The notes beneath the pieces are model-generated. The model ran no database searches. It saw only the letters and a list, made by a program, of their open reading frames with translations, and had not been told where the DNA came from. Source: an uncultured virus (IMG/VR IMGVR_UViG_3300032307_000587) (taxonomy: Duplodnaviria; Heunggongvirae; Uroviricota; Caudoviricetes). From it: a DNA stretch of 20,000 nucleotides. Positions 1 to 7,987 of the stretch are shown in pieces. Positions within the stretch are counted from its first letter, which is position 1. Each line of letters starts with the position of its first letter. The position numbers were made by a program, and so were the translations under genes. Where the stretch lies: the IMG/VR virus record IMGVR_UViG_3300032307_000587; one strand, 5' to 3'.

Positions 1-2
1 TC

Positions 3-500
3 GAGTATCAAGATATTCATAAAATGATATGTGAAGATAAAGAAATTTTGGGAGCATTAGTTCCTATGAAAAAAATAAATTGGGAAGCAATTGAAATGGC
101 ATCAAAGTTTCAAGAAAATAACTTAGAAGATTTTAGTGGTGTATTCAATTTTAACCCATTGATGTCAACTAATGGTGTTACCCCTGATTTGAGTAAAGCG
201 TTTGAAGTGGAATACATAGGAACGGGTATGATGTTGATTAAAAAAGAAGTTTTTTATAAGTTAAAAACGATTGTACCAAAATATAAACACAATTCGGGAT
301 TAGTGTATGGAATTAACGATGGCGATATAGTGCATGAATACTTTTCAACATCTATTGATTCTAATTCAAATCTTTTGTCAGAGGATTATCATTTTTGTTC
401 AATTGCAAAAACACAAAACTACAAAATTCATGCAGTATCGTATCCTAAAATATATCATGCGGGAACATACTTTTTTAAAGGCAAATTAAATAATCAATAA
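3..500 (+). CDS. GT-A fold (GT2-like) glycosyltransferase, 5'-truncated by the window edge
   Basis: Frame is open from base 3 (EYQDIHK-M) to the stop at 500. Motifs GTGMMLIKKEVF, SEDYHFC and the C-terminal HAG are typical of phage GT-A proteins. Confidence 0.75.
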   Translation, partial: EYQDIHKMICEDKEILGALVPMKKINWEAIEMASKFQENNLEDFSGVFNFNPLMSTNGVTPDLSKAFEVEYIGTGMMLIKKEVFYKLKTIVPKYKHNSGLVYGINDGDIVHEYFSTSIDSNSNLLSEDYHFCSIAKTQNYKIHAVSYPKIYHAGTYFFKGKLNNQ

Positions 501-507
501 ATAGAAT

Positions 508-837
508 ATGGAAAACTTTCAATCAACAATAGAAGGAAAATGGGTTAAAATAAATAGTGTAGAAATAACTGAAATTGAACAAGAGTTATTAAAGTCTACA
601 AAAGAAGAAGATAAGGTCGCAAAATTAGAGGTAATAGAGGCGATTAAAACAAAAAGATTCACAAACTTAACTGCAACAAAAAGCAAAGAGTTTGTAACTT
701 TATATAATATCGTTAAACCCGTTTTAAAAGAAACGGATGAATATCAATTAATAGCAATTGATGTTTGCAAAACTGATAGACTTTCGGGCATATTAAATTG
801 CCGTATTAACGGGGAACACAAACAAATAAGATTTTAA
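508..837 (+). CDS. hypothetical protein
   Basis: 109-aa ORF, ATG with A-rich leader, tightly packed in the + strand operon. Confidence 0.75.
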   Translation: MENFQSTIEGKWVKINSVEITEIEQELLKSTKEEDKVAKLEVIEAIKTKRFTNLTATKSKEFVTLYNIVKPVLKETDEYQLIAIDVCKTDRLSGILNCRINGEHKQIRF

Positions 838-839
838 TT

Positions 840-1115
840 ATGACAATAGCAAACGTAGTATCAAAGTCGTGGACTTACACATTAGTATCGGATAGCATTA
901 TTGTTGATTCGGTTTTCGGATTTACAATCATATCTATACTTTGTACGTCAGGAACGACAACAGTTTTAGGAGGTACGGCTGCAAATGGACTTGCATCAAC
1001 GCCAATTACATTATCGGAAGGGCAAAGTTTAACCATTAATAGCGGTTCTGCAAGTCTTATTTCGGGAATAACAATAGATGCCTCTTCGGGCGCAGCAAAT
1101 ATAATCGCAAGGTAA
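840..1115 (+). CDS. small S/T/G-rich beta-strand protein, probable virion structural/accessory protein
   Basis: 91 aa, rich in S/T/G/I, few charged residues, directly upstream of lectin-like genes. Confidence 0.55.
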   Translation: MTIANVVSKSWTYTLVSDSIIVDSVFGFTIISILCTSGTTTVLGGTAANGLASTPITLSEGQSLTINSGSASLISGITIDASSGAANIIAR

Positions 1116-1145
1116 TATGGATTTGGATTTTGGGTTTGGTAGTAG
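1113..1145 (+). repeat. 33-bp direct repeat, copy 1 (stop + leader + MDLDFGFGSS codons)
   Basis: taatatggatttggattttgggtttggtagtag; 31/33 identical to 3698..3730. Confidence 0.9.
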
Positions 1146-2028
1146 TGGTGGGGGTAGCTACAACTTAGGGTTAGTTGATAGGTATGGAAATACATTACCT
1201 ACAAAAACCGTTGACAATGATATAACTTGGGATTTAAGGACTTTAACGCCTTACGATTGGGCGGACATTTTTTTAAGTAGGGAAGCATCGTGGGGTGGTG
1301 CAACTATTGAAAACGCTTTAATTGATTTATGCGTAGATTTAAAATCTTGGGGCAGTACCAATAAATTATCTGTTTATTACCCTAATATTGGAGGGACTGC
1401 AAATAATCATCGTTGGAATTTATTATATCCATTTAACACTAACAATGGTTATCGTCAAGTATTTTCAGGATTTACACACACAAATAAAGGTGTAGTTTGT
1501 ACGGGTAATGGATGTAATATATTTTATCATCCAAATCAAGTTAAAACACAAATAAGTGCGGGTTCGGGATATGGGTTTTATCAAACTACTGAATTTATTA
1601 ATCCATTATCAGTAGCAACAAGAAATTTTTTGTCGGAAAACGCATCATCAGGTCGTTGGAGTTATTTTGCTATAAGACCTTCTGATGGTAGAGTTACTTA
1701 CGCTTGTCAAGGCTCTACTTTGACATATACGCCACCATCTGTTCCTTTAACTCAAATTGGTAGCAAATTGGTTACTCGTGTAGGTAGTTCTATTTTTTAT
1801 TATGTTAATGGTATTTTAAATAATTCAGGAGCATCACTTTATGTTGAAACTTCGGGTGCGCAAATATTTTCTAACGGATATTATATTTATGGGACTAACG
1901 CATTTTTAAGCGATAATTATGACGCAAGTATTGGGTCTGTTTATTTTTTTATAGATAGTTTAAATAGTACAGAAATTTCTGAATTTAACACAATAGTACA
2001 AACTTTTGAAAATATAGTAAGAATTTAA
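1117..2028 (+). CDS. putative virion accessory protein with concanavalin A/LamG-like beta-sandwich (paralog A1)
   Basis: N-terminal MDLDFGFGSS; helical segment LIDLCVDLKSWG..KLSVYYPNIGGTANNHRWNL; LamG-like TRVGSSIFYYVNG; C-terminal helix LNSTEISEFNTIVQTF; N/S/T/G/Y-rich. Confidence 0.6.
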   Translation: MDLDFGFGSSGGGSYNLGLVDRYGNTLPTKTVDNDITWDLRTLTPYDWADIFLSREASWGGATIENALIDLCVDLKSWGSTNKLSVYYPNIGGTANNHRWNLLYPFNTNNGYRQVFSGFTHTNKGVVCTGNGCNIFYHPNQVKTQISAGSGYGFYQTTEFINPLSVATRNFLSENASSGRWSYFAIRPSDGRVTYACQGSTLTYTPPSVPLTQIGSKLVTRVGSSIFYYVNGILNNSGASLYVETSGAQIFSNGYYIYGTNAFLSDNYDASIGSVYFFIDSLNSTEISEFNTIVQTFENIVRI

Positions 2029-2032
2029 AAAT

Positions 2033-2431
2033 ATGGAATATATCGTAACAATAACAGAAATACCAACAATAGTTAATAGCCCTTACATTTTATTATCAAT
2101 CCCAATTTTATCGGGAGATAATATAGGTAAATTTGCGTATGATTTATCAAGTTTACAAACATTTCCCGAAGTGTTTAAAGGTGTTTCTTATGAAATATTG
2201 AATTTGATAGATAGAGATTTTGTAAATACCTACCCCGCACAACCCGAAATAGACCAATACAGATTAATTGATGTAACGGATTTGTATAATGAAACAATTA
2301 ACATAAATTTGTTTGATAACTTGACATTGCAAACATCTGTAATAAACAGACCATATATTAATGGAACGTGGACTGATGCAGATGTAGTTTTTTATGTTAA
2401 TCAACTTAACGAAGAGGAAAAAATAAAATAA
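2033..2431 (+). CDS. acidic partner protein (paralog B1), possible fibre chaperone/adaptor
   Basis: C-terminal half (RDF..Y...RLI.V.DLY.ETI.IN.F....PYINGTWTD.DV.FY.NQ) matches 3313..3696. Confidence 0.65.
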   Translation: MEYIVTITEIPTIVNSPYILLSIPILSGDNIGKFAYDLSSLQTFPEVFKGVSYEILNLIDRDFVNTYPAQPEIDQYRLIDVTDLYNETININLFDNLTLQTSVINRPYINGTWTDADVVFYVNQLNEEEKIK

Positions 2432-2432
2432 A

Positions 2433-3311
2433 ATGGGATTTGGATTTAAAAATAACGCACAAAGTTTTGGGATTTCCCAATTGATTCCATCGGGGTTAGA
2501 CGTGGATGCCGCAAACTATATAAGTGTAGCGGGTTTTACGAATCCAACATTAATCACATTGATAAACAATTTTTATATACAACTTAAAACAACGGGATTA
2601 TATAGTAGATTCACTCACATGAAATTAAATCTTACTGATAGTACAACGAATGCTACAAGTTTGTTTCAATGTAGTATTAATGGGATTAACCCATTGGTAG
2701 GTCAAACGGTTTATACGAACAATCCAACGGCTAATTATAGTGGGGTTACTTACAACGGAACAAATCAAAGTGCAAGACTAAGTTATAATCCCGCTTTGGA
2801 TATTAAATTAGGGGAACAAAATACGACATTAATTGCTTATGCTTATTCAAGCGAAGTTGCATACTTATCATGGGCGCAAAGAAGTGTTGGAAGTGGTGGA
2901 AGCGCAACTAATCTTGGTGTTACTTCGGTAAACAATGGAGTGACACAAAATTTTATTAATGATGCTGCGACTATTATCACTTTTAGTGGACTTAATACAA
3001 CTTCGGGATTTATTGGAGCAAGTAGAGATGATGTGTTCAACGAAAAATATCACTTTAAAAATGGTGTTGCTATTACAGAAGTAGGTATAGGAACTAACGG
3101 AAGGTGTAGTATTGATGTTGTAGAGGGTGGTAGAACATTAGATAACGTAACGATTGCCAATTATTATAGCATGAGGGCGCAATTTGTGGCTTTTGGACAA
3201 GGTTTTTCTGTTGCCGAAATGTCGGTAATAGAGCCTATAATAAATAGTTTTCAAGGCAAGATAGATACATTATTTGGATTAACGGGAACAAACGCAAGAA
3301 AAACATATTAA
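2433..3311 (+). CDS. putative virion accessory protein with LamG/ConA-like domain (paralog A2)
   Basis: N-terminal MGFGF; DVDAANYI..AG...LINNFYIQLKTTGLYSRF helix; GFIGASR, HFKNG; C-terminal helix FSVAEMSVIEPIINSFQ; same architecture as 1117..2028. Confidence 0.6.
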   Translation: MGFGFKNNAQSFGISQLIPSGLDVDAANYISVAGFTNPTLITLINNFYIQLKTTGLYSRFTHMKLNLTDSTTNATSLFQCSINGINPLVGQTVYTNNPTANYSGVTYNGTNQSARLSYNPALDIKLGEQNTTLIAYAYSSEVAYLSWAQRSVGSGGSATNLGVTSVNNGVTQNFINDAATIITFSGLNTTSGFIGASRDDVFNEKYHFKNGVAITEVGIGTNGRCSIDVVEGGRTLDNVTIANYYSMRAQFVAFGQGFSVAEMSVIEPIINSFQGKIDTLFGLTGTNARKTY

Positions 3312-3312
3312 C

Positions 3313-3696
3313 ATGGAATTTTATATAATAAGCGAAGCAATAAAAGATGAATATCAAGGTTTTCAAAAACAAAACTTTGTTATAAATTTTAGTGAAACCA
3401 ATCAAGGTTTATGGGTAATAAATAAAGGGTGTGGCGAAGATATTTTTACGGAATTAGATTGGGATAGCTTTGAAACAATCGAATTGACAAATAGAGATTT
3501 CATCCCAACCTATAATAACCATCCATTAATAAATGGTTTTAGGCTTATAAGTGTTTTAGACTTGTATGATGAAACGATTGATATAAATATCTTTAATATT
3601 GATTCATACGAAACAACAACTATGAATAAGCCTTATATTAATGGTACATGGACAGACGAGGATGTTGAATTTTACATTAATCAAATTGTGAAATAA
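3313..3696 (+). CDS. acidic partner protein (paralog B2)
   Basis: Shares the PYINGTWTD.DV.FY.NQ C-terminal domain with 2033..2431. Confidence 0.65.
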   Translation: MEFYIISEAIKDEYQGFQKQNFVINFSETNQGLWVINKGCGEDIFTELDWDSFETIELTNRDFIPTYNNHPLINGFRLISVLDLYDETIDINIFNIDSYETTTMNKPYINGTWTDEDVEFYINQIVK

Positions 3697-3697
3697 T

Positions 3698-3730
3698 TAA
3701 TATGGATTTGGATTTTGGATTTGGAAGTAG
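3698..3730 (+). repeat. 33-bp direct repeat, copy 2
   Basis: taatatggatttggattttggatttggaagtag; the two differences are synonymous Gly codon positions. Confidence 0.9.
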
Positions 3731-4268
3731 CGCAATGACAATGACAATACCAACAATAAGTTATGGATTATATGCTCAAACGCAATTAAGCGTACCCGTT
3801 GTTAATACAACGGTGGAAACTACTATTATTGGAAGTGGTAATGGCACATTGAGTGTACCCGCAAACACATTCAAAGTAGGAGATAGTTTTATTGCAAAAA
3901 TGTGTGGTTTAATGAGTTGTTTAAACAATTCAAACTTAACCATAAACATAACTGCAAATGGTATTAATATTGTATCTATCCCTTTACTGAATTTAGATAC
4001 TGCAACAAATAAAATATGGGATTTGGTTATAGATTTTACTATTGCACAAATAGGTGGAGTTGGTGTTGCTGATATGCACGTTAATGGCACATTTAGTTAC
4101 ACTAAGCAATCAAACAATCAATTTATTGCAAAGAATTTTTTAATTTCAAACCTACCCGCTTTTGATACAACAATATTAAACACATTGGATATAAAAGCAA
4201 CTTGGGGCGTAGCATCTACAAGCAATTCAATACAATCTCAAAATTTTAACTTAACAAAGATTTTTTAA
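3702..4268 (+). CDS. beta-sandwich virion accessory protein
   Basis: N-terminal MDLDFGFGSS identical to that of 1117..2028; T/N/S/G-rich all-beta composition. Confidence 0.55.
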   Translation: MDLDFGFGSSAMTMTIPTISYGLYAQTQLSVPVVNTTVETTIIGSGNGTLSVPANTFKVGDSFIAKMCGLMSCLNNSNLTINITANGINIVSIPLLNLDTATNKIWDLVIDFTIAQIGGVGVADMHVNGTFSYTKQSNNQFIAKNFLISNLPAFDTTILNTLDIKATWGVASTSNSIQSQNFNLTKIF

Positions 4269-4280
4269 TATAATAGACAC

Positions 4281-4613
4281 ATGACAAACGAATCAGTAAT
4301 TTTAGAAAAGCACCTTAAAAAAACAACTATCATAACAAACGTATTCTCAATGTTAGTTGCGGGATTAACAACATTAGCCGTTGTTAATTCATTTTACTAC
4401 AATACCAAAAATACTTTGTCCGAACATACGGAACAAATTACAGAAGTAAAAAAGGATGTTAAAAGCATTAAAGAGAATATCAAAGATGCACAAATATTTC
4501 AGGGCGTAAGTAATGCCGAAGTAACTGCGTTAAAAGAGAAAGTAACATCACTTGATGAAAAAGTAGATAAGATGAATGATAAGTTGGATAGAATTTTAAT
4601 GCAAACAAAATAA
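4281..4613 (+). CDS. single-TM + coiled-coil membrane protein at the start of the lysis cassette (holin/antiholin- or i-spanin-like)
   Basis: Hydrophobic segment IITNVFSMLVAGLTTLAVV followed by a heptad-rich C-terminus (VTSLDEKVDKMNDKLDRIL). Confidence 0.5.
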   Translation: MTNESVILEKHLKKTTIITNVFSMLVAGLTTLAVVNSFYYNTKNTLSEHTEQITEVKKDVKSIKENIKDAQIFQGVSNAEVTALKEKVTSLDEKVDKMNDKLDRILMQTK

Positions 4614-4614
4614 T

Positions 4615-5307
4615 TTGAACGGAATAAAAAACATATCAGAAAGAGATAAGTGGTTGCTCGTTACAATAACGGGGGCTATTTTTATTGCTATAACGTACAT
4701 TAATAGAAAAACTATTGTAGAGGGTGTGAAAGCAATTAGTGATTATGTTTCAAATTTGCAAAATTACGCATTGCAAGAGTTTAAGGCTTGGGGCAATGGT
4801 ACAAAAAAAGAAAACGACAAGTCTATGCAAGATACTATTGCAAAATATTGGAAAGAGGGTGCGGGTATAAAAAATTGGAGTACACAAAGGATGCAAGATG
4901 AGGCATGGTCGTCAGCATTTATTTCTTATATCGTTAAAAAGTCAGGCGGTGGCAAAGATTTTAAATATTCTCCATCTCATTCGACATACATTAATGATTC
5001 AATTAAAAATAGATTACAGAACAATTCAAATCCATTCAAAGGATATAGACCCGAAGAGGTTAAATTGGAGATTGGAGATATAGTGGGTAAGCCAAGACAA
5101 AGCGGTGTAACATACAATTCGAGAGGTGCATATAAATCGCATACTGACATTGTTGTTGCTATTAAAGATGGTTTTGCAGAAACGGTTGGTGGTAACGTAG
5201 GTAATTCTGTATCTATGACAAAAGTTCCGCTAACAAGTGATGGTAAAATAGACAATTCAAAAGTAAGCGGATATAAATATTTCGTGGTAATTAAAAATAG
5301 TAAATAA
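4615..5307 (+). CDS. N-terminally membrane-anchored DUF2272/CHAP-like cell-wall hydrolase
   Basis: TTG start; TM WLLVTITGAIFIAITYI; motifs I.KYW, AWSSAFISYIV, HSTYI, GDIV, SHTDIVV, GGNVGNSV. Confidence 0.7.
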   Translation: MNGIKNISERDKWLLVTITGAIFIAITYINRKTIVEGVKAISDYVSNLQNYALQEFKAWGNGTKKENDKSMQDTIAKYWKEGAGIKNWSTQRMQDEAWSSAFISYIVKKSGGGKDFKYSPSHSTYINDSIKNRLQNNSNPFKGYRPEEVKLEIGDIVGKPRQSGVTYNSRGAYKSHTDIVVAIKDGFAETVGGNVGNSVSMTKVPLTSDGKIDNSKVSGYKYFVVIKNSK

Positions 5308-5329
5308 TAATAAATAATACAAGTACAAT

Positions 5330-5611
5330 ATGAAACAATTTTTTAAAACATTATTCGATGATAACAACTCAATCAATGAAAAAGCAGTTGTAGGGTTTAT
5401 CGCTTTTTTTATGTTAGTAATAGCATTAGCAGTTGACTTAATTACGGGTTATACGGGCAATCATTTAATAATTAATGAATTTATATTTGATGGGTTCATG
5501 GTTATTGTTTTGGGCGCATTTGGTATAGCCTCTGTTGACAAATGGATGAACCATAGAAAAGCGAATAAAAAAGAAGATTCAAGTGAACCAACAAACGAAG
5601 AAAATAAGTAA
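5330..5611 (+). CDS. holin (2 TM, charged C-terminal tail)
   Basis: 93 aa; TMs AVVGFIAFFMLVIALAVDLI and FIFDGFMVIVLGAFGIASV; highly charged tail; immediately upstream of the endolysin. Confidence 0.7.
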   Translation: MKQFFKTLFDDNNSINEKAVVGFIAFFMLVIALAVDLITGYTGNHLIINEFIFDGFMVIVLGAFGIASVDKWMNHRKANKKEDSSEPTNEENK

Positions 5612-5631
5612 TCAATTAAATTAATAATATA

Positions 5632-6099
5632 ATGCAAATCTCAAAACATTTAACATTAGCCGAAGTAAGTAGAAGTGAAACTGCGAAACGTAGAGGCATC
5701 AACAACACACCGAGTGGAGAACATTTAGCAAACTTTAAATTATTAGCTGAAAACATTTTTGAACCTATTCGTGAACATTTTGGTGTACCAATTCATATTT
5801 CGTCAGGGTACAGAAGCAAAGAACTCAATACCGCTATTGGCGGGAGTTTGACTTCTCAACATTGTCAGGGTGAAGCAATCGACATTGATATGGATGGTAG
5901 CACAAATGGTGTTACTAATAAAATGGTGTTTGATTTTATCAAAGACAATCTAAATTTTGACCAATTGATATATGAGTTCGGAACAGACAAGAACCCTGAT
6001 TGGGTACACGTTTCTTATGAATCAAGTGGTAAACAACGTAAGCAAATCCTAAAAGCGGTTAAATCGGGTGGTAAGACATCTTATGTGCCATATAAGTAA
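5632..6099 (+). CDS. endolysin, peptidase M15A (Zn-dependent, Hedgehog/DD-peptidase fold)
   Basis: SSGYRSKELN..IGG..TSQH..GEAIDI and WVHVSY supply the His-Asp-His zinc ligands. Confidence 0.9.
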   Translation: MQISKHLTLAEVSRSETAKRRGINNTPSGEHLANFKLLAENIFEPIREHFGVPIHISSGYRSKELNTAIGGSLTSQHCQGEAIDIDMDGSTNGVTNKMVFDFIKDNLNFDQLIYEFGTDKNPDWVHVSYESSGKQRKQILKAVKSGGKTSYVPYK

Positions 6100-6114
6100 T
6101 CGTTTCGAGTTAAG

Positions 6115-6855
6115 GTGAAGAATTTATCAAAAGAAGAATTATTAAGCCGACTTGAGGCAATTAATCGTAGCAATGCTATTATTTACTTTGACCTCAATGG
6201 TATTATTCTTGGGGTGAATACTATTTTTTTAGAAACGATAGGTTTAGAGGAAGGTGAACACGATAAAATAATTGGCAAACACCATAGTATTTTTGTATCT
6301 CCTGAATATGCTAAATCTAAGGAATATGAAAAATTTTGGAAAACTTTGCGAAGTGGTGTTTTTTTTGAAGGGGAATTTGAAAGAATTAAGTTAAATGGTG
6401 AGCCTCTTTTTTTACAAGCAACCTACAATCCGATTTTTAATGAAAATGGTGAAGTAGCCAAAATAATGAAAATTGCTACTGATATAACCGAAAAAGTCAT
6501 TAGTAAGAAAAAAATTGATGAACTATCACAAACTTTACAAGATGAGTTAAATATTTCTAATAAGCTAAAAAACTCAATAGAGATGGAAAAAAATGCGGCA
6601 ATAAACGACTTGGATGTATTGATTAAGAAAAATCAAAGCGAATTAATCAAAGTCATTGTAAAGGTCGCACTAACAGTAATAGTTGGGGTTGGACTTGTTA
6701 CCACGATTTTATATTGGATGGCAATGATTACGGGGAAAGATACTCAAATAATAGGCTCTACATGGTCAAATATGTTTAGTGTATTGCTTACAAATGCTTT
6801 TTCGATTGTAGGAACGATAATGGGTATCAAATATGCTACGCAAGATAAGAAGTAG
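6115..6855 (+). CDS. PAS/PAC sensor domain + coiled coil + two C-terminal TM helices
   Basis: GTG start; aa 13-126 chemoreceptor-type (BdlA-like) PAS: AINRSNAIIYFDLNG.I..VN..FL, GKHHSIFV, Y..FW..L..G....GEF.R, LQATYNPI, KIATDITE; coiled coil aa 127-178; TMs at about aa 184-206 and 217-239. Confidence 0.85.
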   Translation: MKNLSKEELLSRLEAINRSNAIIYFDLNGIILGVNTIFLETIGLEEGEHDKIIGKHHSIFVSPEYAKSKEYEKFWKTLRSGVFFEGEFERIKLNGEPLFLQATYNPIFNENGEVAKIMKIATDITEKVISKKKIDELSQTLQDELNISNKLKNSIEMEKNAAINDLDVLIKKNQSELIKVIVKVALTVIVGVGLVTTILYWMAMITGKDTQIIGSTWSNMFSVLLTNAFSIVGTIMGIKYATQDKK

Positions 6856-6868
6856 GTAAGAATTACCT
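6854..6868. terminator. small hairpin at the convergent junction of the + and - gene blocks
   Basis: aggtaa-gaa-ttacct 6-bp stem overlapping both stop codons; weak, no U-tract. Confidence 0.2.
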
Positions 6869-7165
6869 TAAATAAGAGAGTAAACTTTCTAAAAATTTAA
6901 TTCGATGTTCGTGCTTTAAACGTAATTCAGTTGGGTTGTCACGACCTACACAAGCTAAGTTGTGAGGGCATAGCGTAATTAATGTGAATTTATAACCATT
7001 ATTGATAAACCATTCTTGTAGATTGGTGTATTCTTTTGTTTTACAAAATTTGCAAATACCTCTATCAATATTATTGGCTCTACAATATTCAATGTTTAGG
7101 TTTTCGGGCTTTAAAGCCAACTTATACACTTGAATAGTTTCTTTTATTTCGTGTACTATATCCAT
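6863..7165 (-). CDS. hypothetical protein (Cys-containing)
   Basis: 100-aa ORF with CKFC and CPHNLAC; last gene of the - strand array. Confidence 0.7.
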   Translation of the reverse strand: MDIVHEIKETIQVYKLALKPENLNIEYCRANNIDRGICKFCKTKEYTNLQEWFINNGYKFTLITLCPHNLACVGRDNPTELRLKHEHRIKFLESLLSYLR

Positions 7166-7167
7166 TG

Positions 7168-7467
7168 CTAAATGATATTACGTCTTTCAAATTCATGGTG
7201 CAAGGCTACATATAACGCTTTTGCGCCCTCAATAGACAAATTAAAGGTTAGGCATCCAATTTTGTCTTTTAAGTTAGTGTATGAAGCCGATGATTGGTTT
7301 TTATCGGGGTCGTTTTTGTCTAATAGTTTGGCAAATTGTATGGTCAATAATTTGTCATTATATTCGAGTGGATTACCAACTATTATTCTTCGGTTTTTAA
7401 TTTTTACGCTTGTTGCGTTTTGGTAAGTAATGATGCGACATTGTGGGTTTGATTTATCTTCTTCCAT
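7168..7467 (-). CDS. hypothetical protein
   Basis: Start reassigned to MEEDKS (7467), 7 bp after the upstream gene's stop. Confidence 0.7.
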   Translation of the reverse strand: MEEDKSNPQCRIITYQNATSVKIKNRRIIVGNPLEYNDKLLTIQFAKLLDKNDPDKNQSSASYTNLKDKIGCLTFNLSIEGAKALYVALHHEFERRNII

Positions 7468-7474
7468 GATGTGT

Positions 7475-7744
7475 TTATTTAACTTTATGATATTTTGGAT
7501 ATCCACTATTTTCTGCAATAATTTCTGCAATAATTTTTTTATTATCTTCAATCACTTTTAAAGCCTCTTCGTAAGATGATACTTTGCATTGTTTTTCTTG
7601 AAAATAATCCCCATACCATCGTAAAAGTAAATTATTACGGCTTTCGATACCTTGCCATGCAGTAAATGAGATAAATCCTAACCGTTTTCGAGTTTGTGGT
7701 ATAAACTCATTTTTGCTTATTTGCTTTATTCTAAAAAAATACAT
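7475..7744 (-). CDS. hypothetical protein
   Basis: 89-aa ORF with A-rich leader caaacaaataagtATG. Confidence 0.7.
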   Translation of the reverse strand: MYFFRIKQISKNEFIPQTRKRLGFISFTAWQGIESRNNLLLRWYGDYFQEKQCKVSSYEEALKVIEDNKKIIAEIIAENSGYPKYHKVK

Positions 7745-7771
7745 ACTTATTTGTTTGTTTAATTAATTAAA

Positions 7772-7987
7772 TTATAGTTTTTCGTGTTTAACCTCAATCC
7801 ATTCTTCTTTAAATTTATCCATCATTTGATGTACTTGCCTAATGAATCGTGGATTATTATCTAAATCTTCTTCTGTCGCACCTTTAAAGTCCACAATTAT
7901 TGTTTGCAAAACGCCTTTACCGAGTTCTTGATTGAATATTGGCGGATTCTGTTCATCTTTGATTTTTATTGTAAATTTAAGTTCCAT
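7772..7987 (-). CDS. hypothetical protein
   Basis: 71-aa ORF, flanked by 15-bp direct repeats. Confidence 0.65.
   Translation of the reverse strand: MELKFTIKIKDEQNPPIFNQELGKGVLQTIIVDFKGATEEDLDNNPRFIRQVHQMMDKFKEEWIEVKHEKL

Noticed and set aside
875..5255. Antisense or alternative-frame ORFs 875..1195, 2843..3040, 2868..3053, 3776..4090, 4898..5083, 4977..5255
   Set aside because: They overlap better-supported + strand genes and have no recognisable motifs or lipobox (so no embedded o-spanin).
6115..6495. PAS domain as a LOV blue-light sensor
   Set aside because: The GRNCRFLQ motif is absent (GKHHSIFV at that position) and the protein has no Cys.
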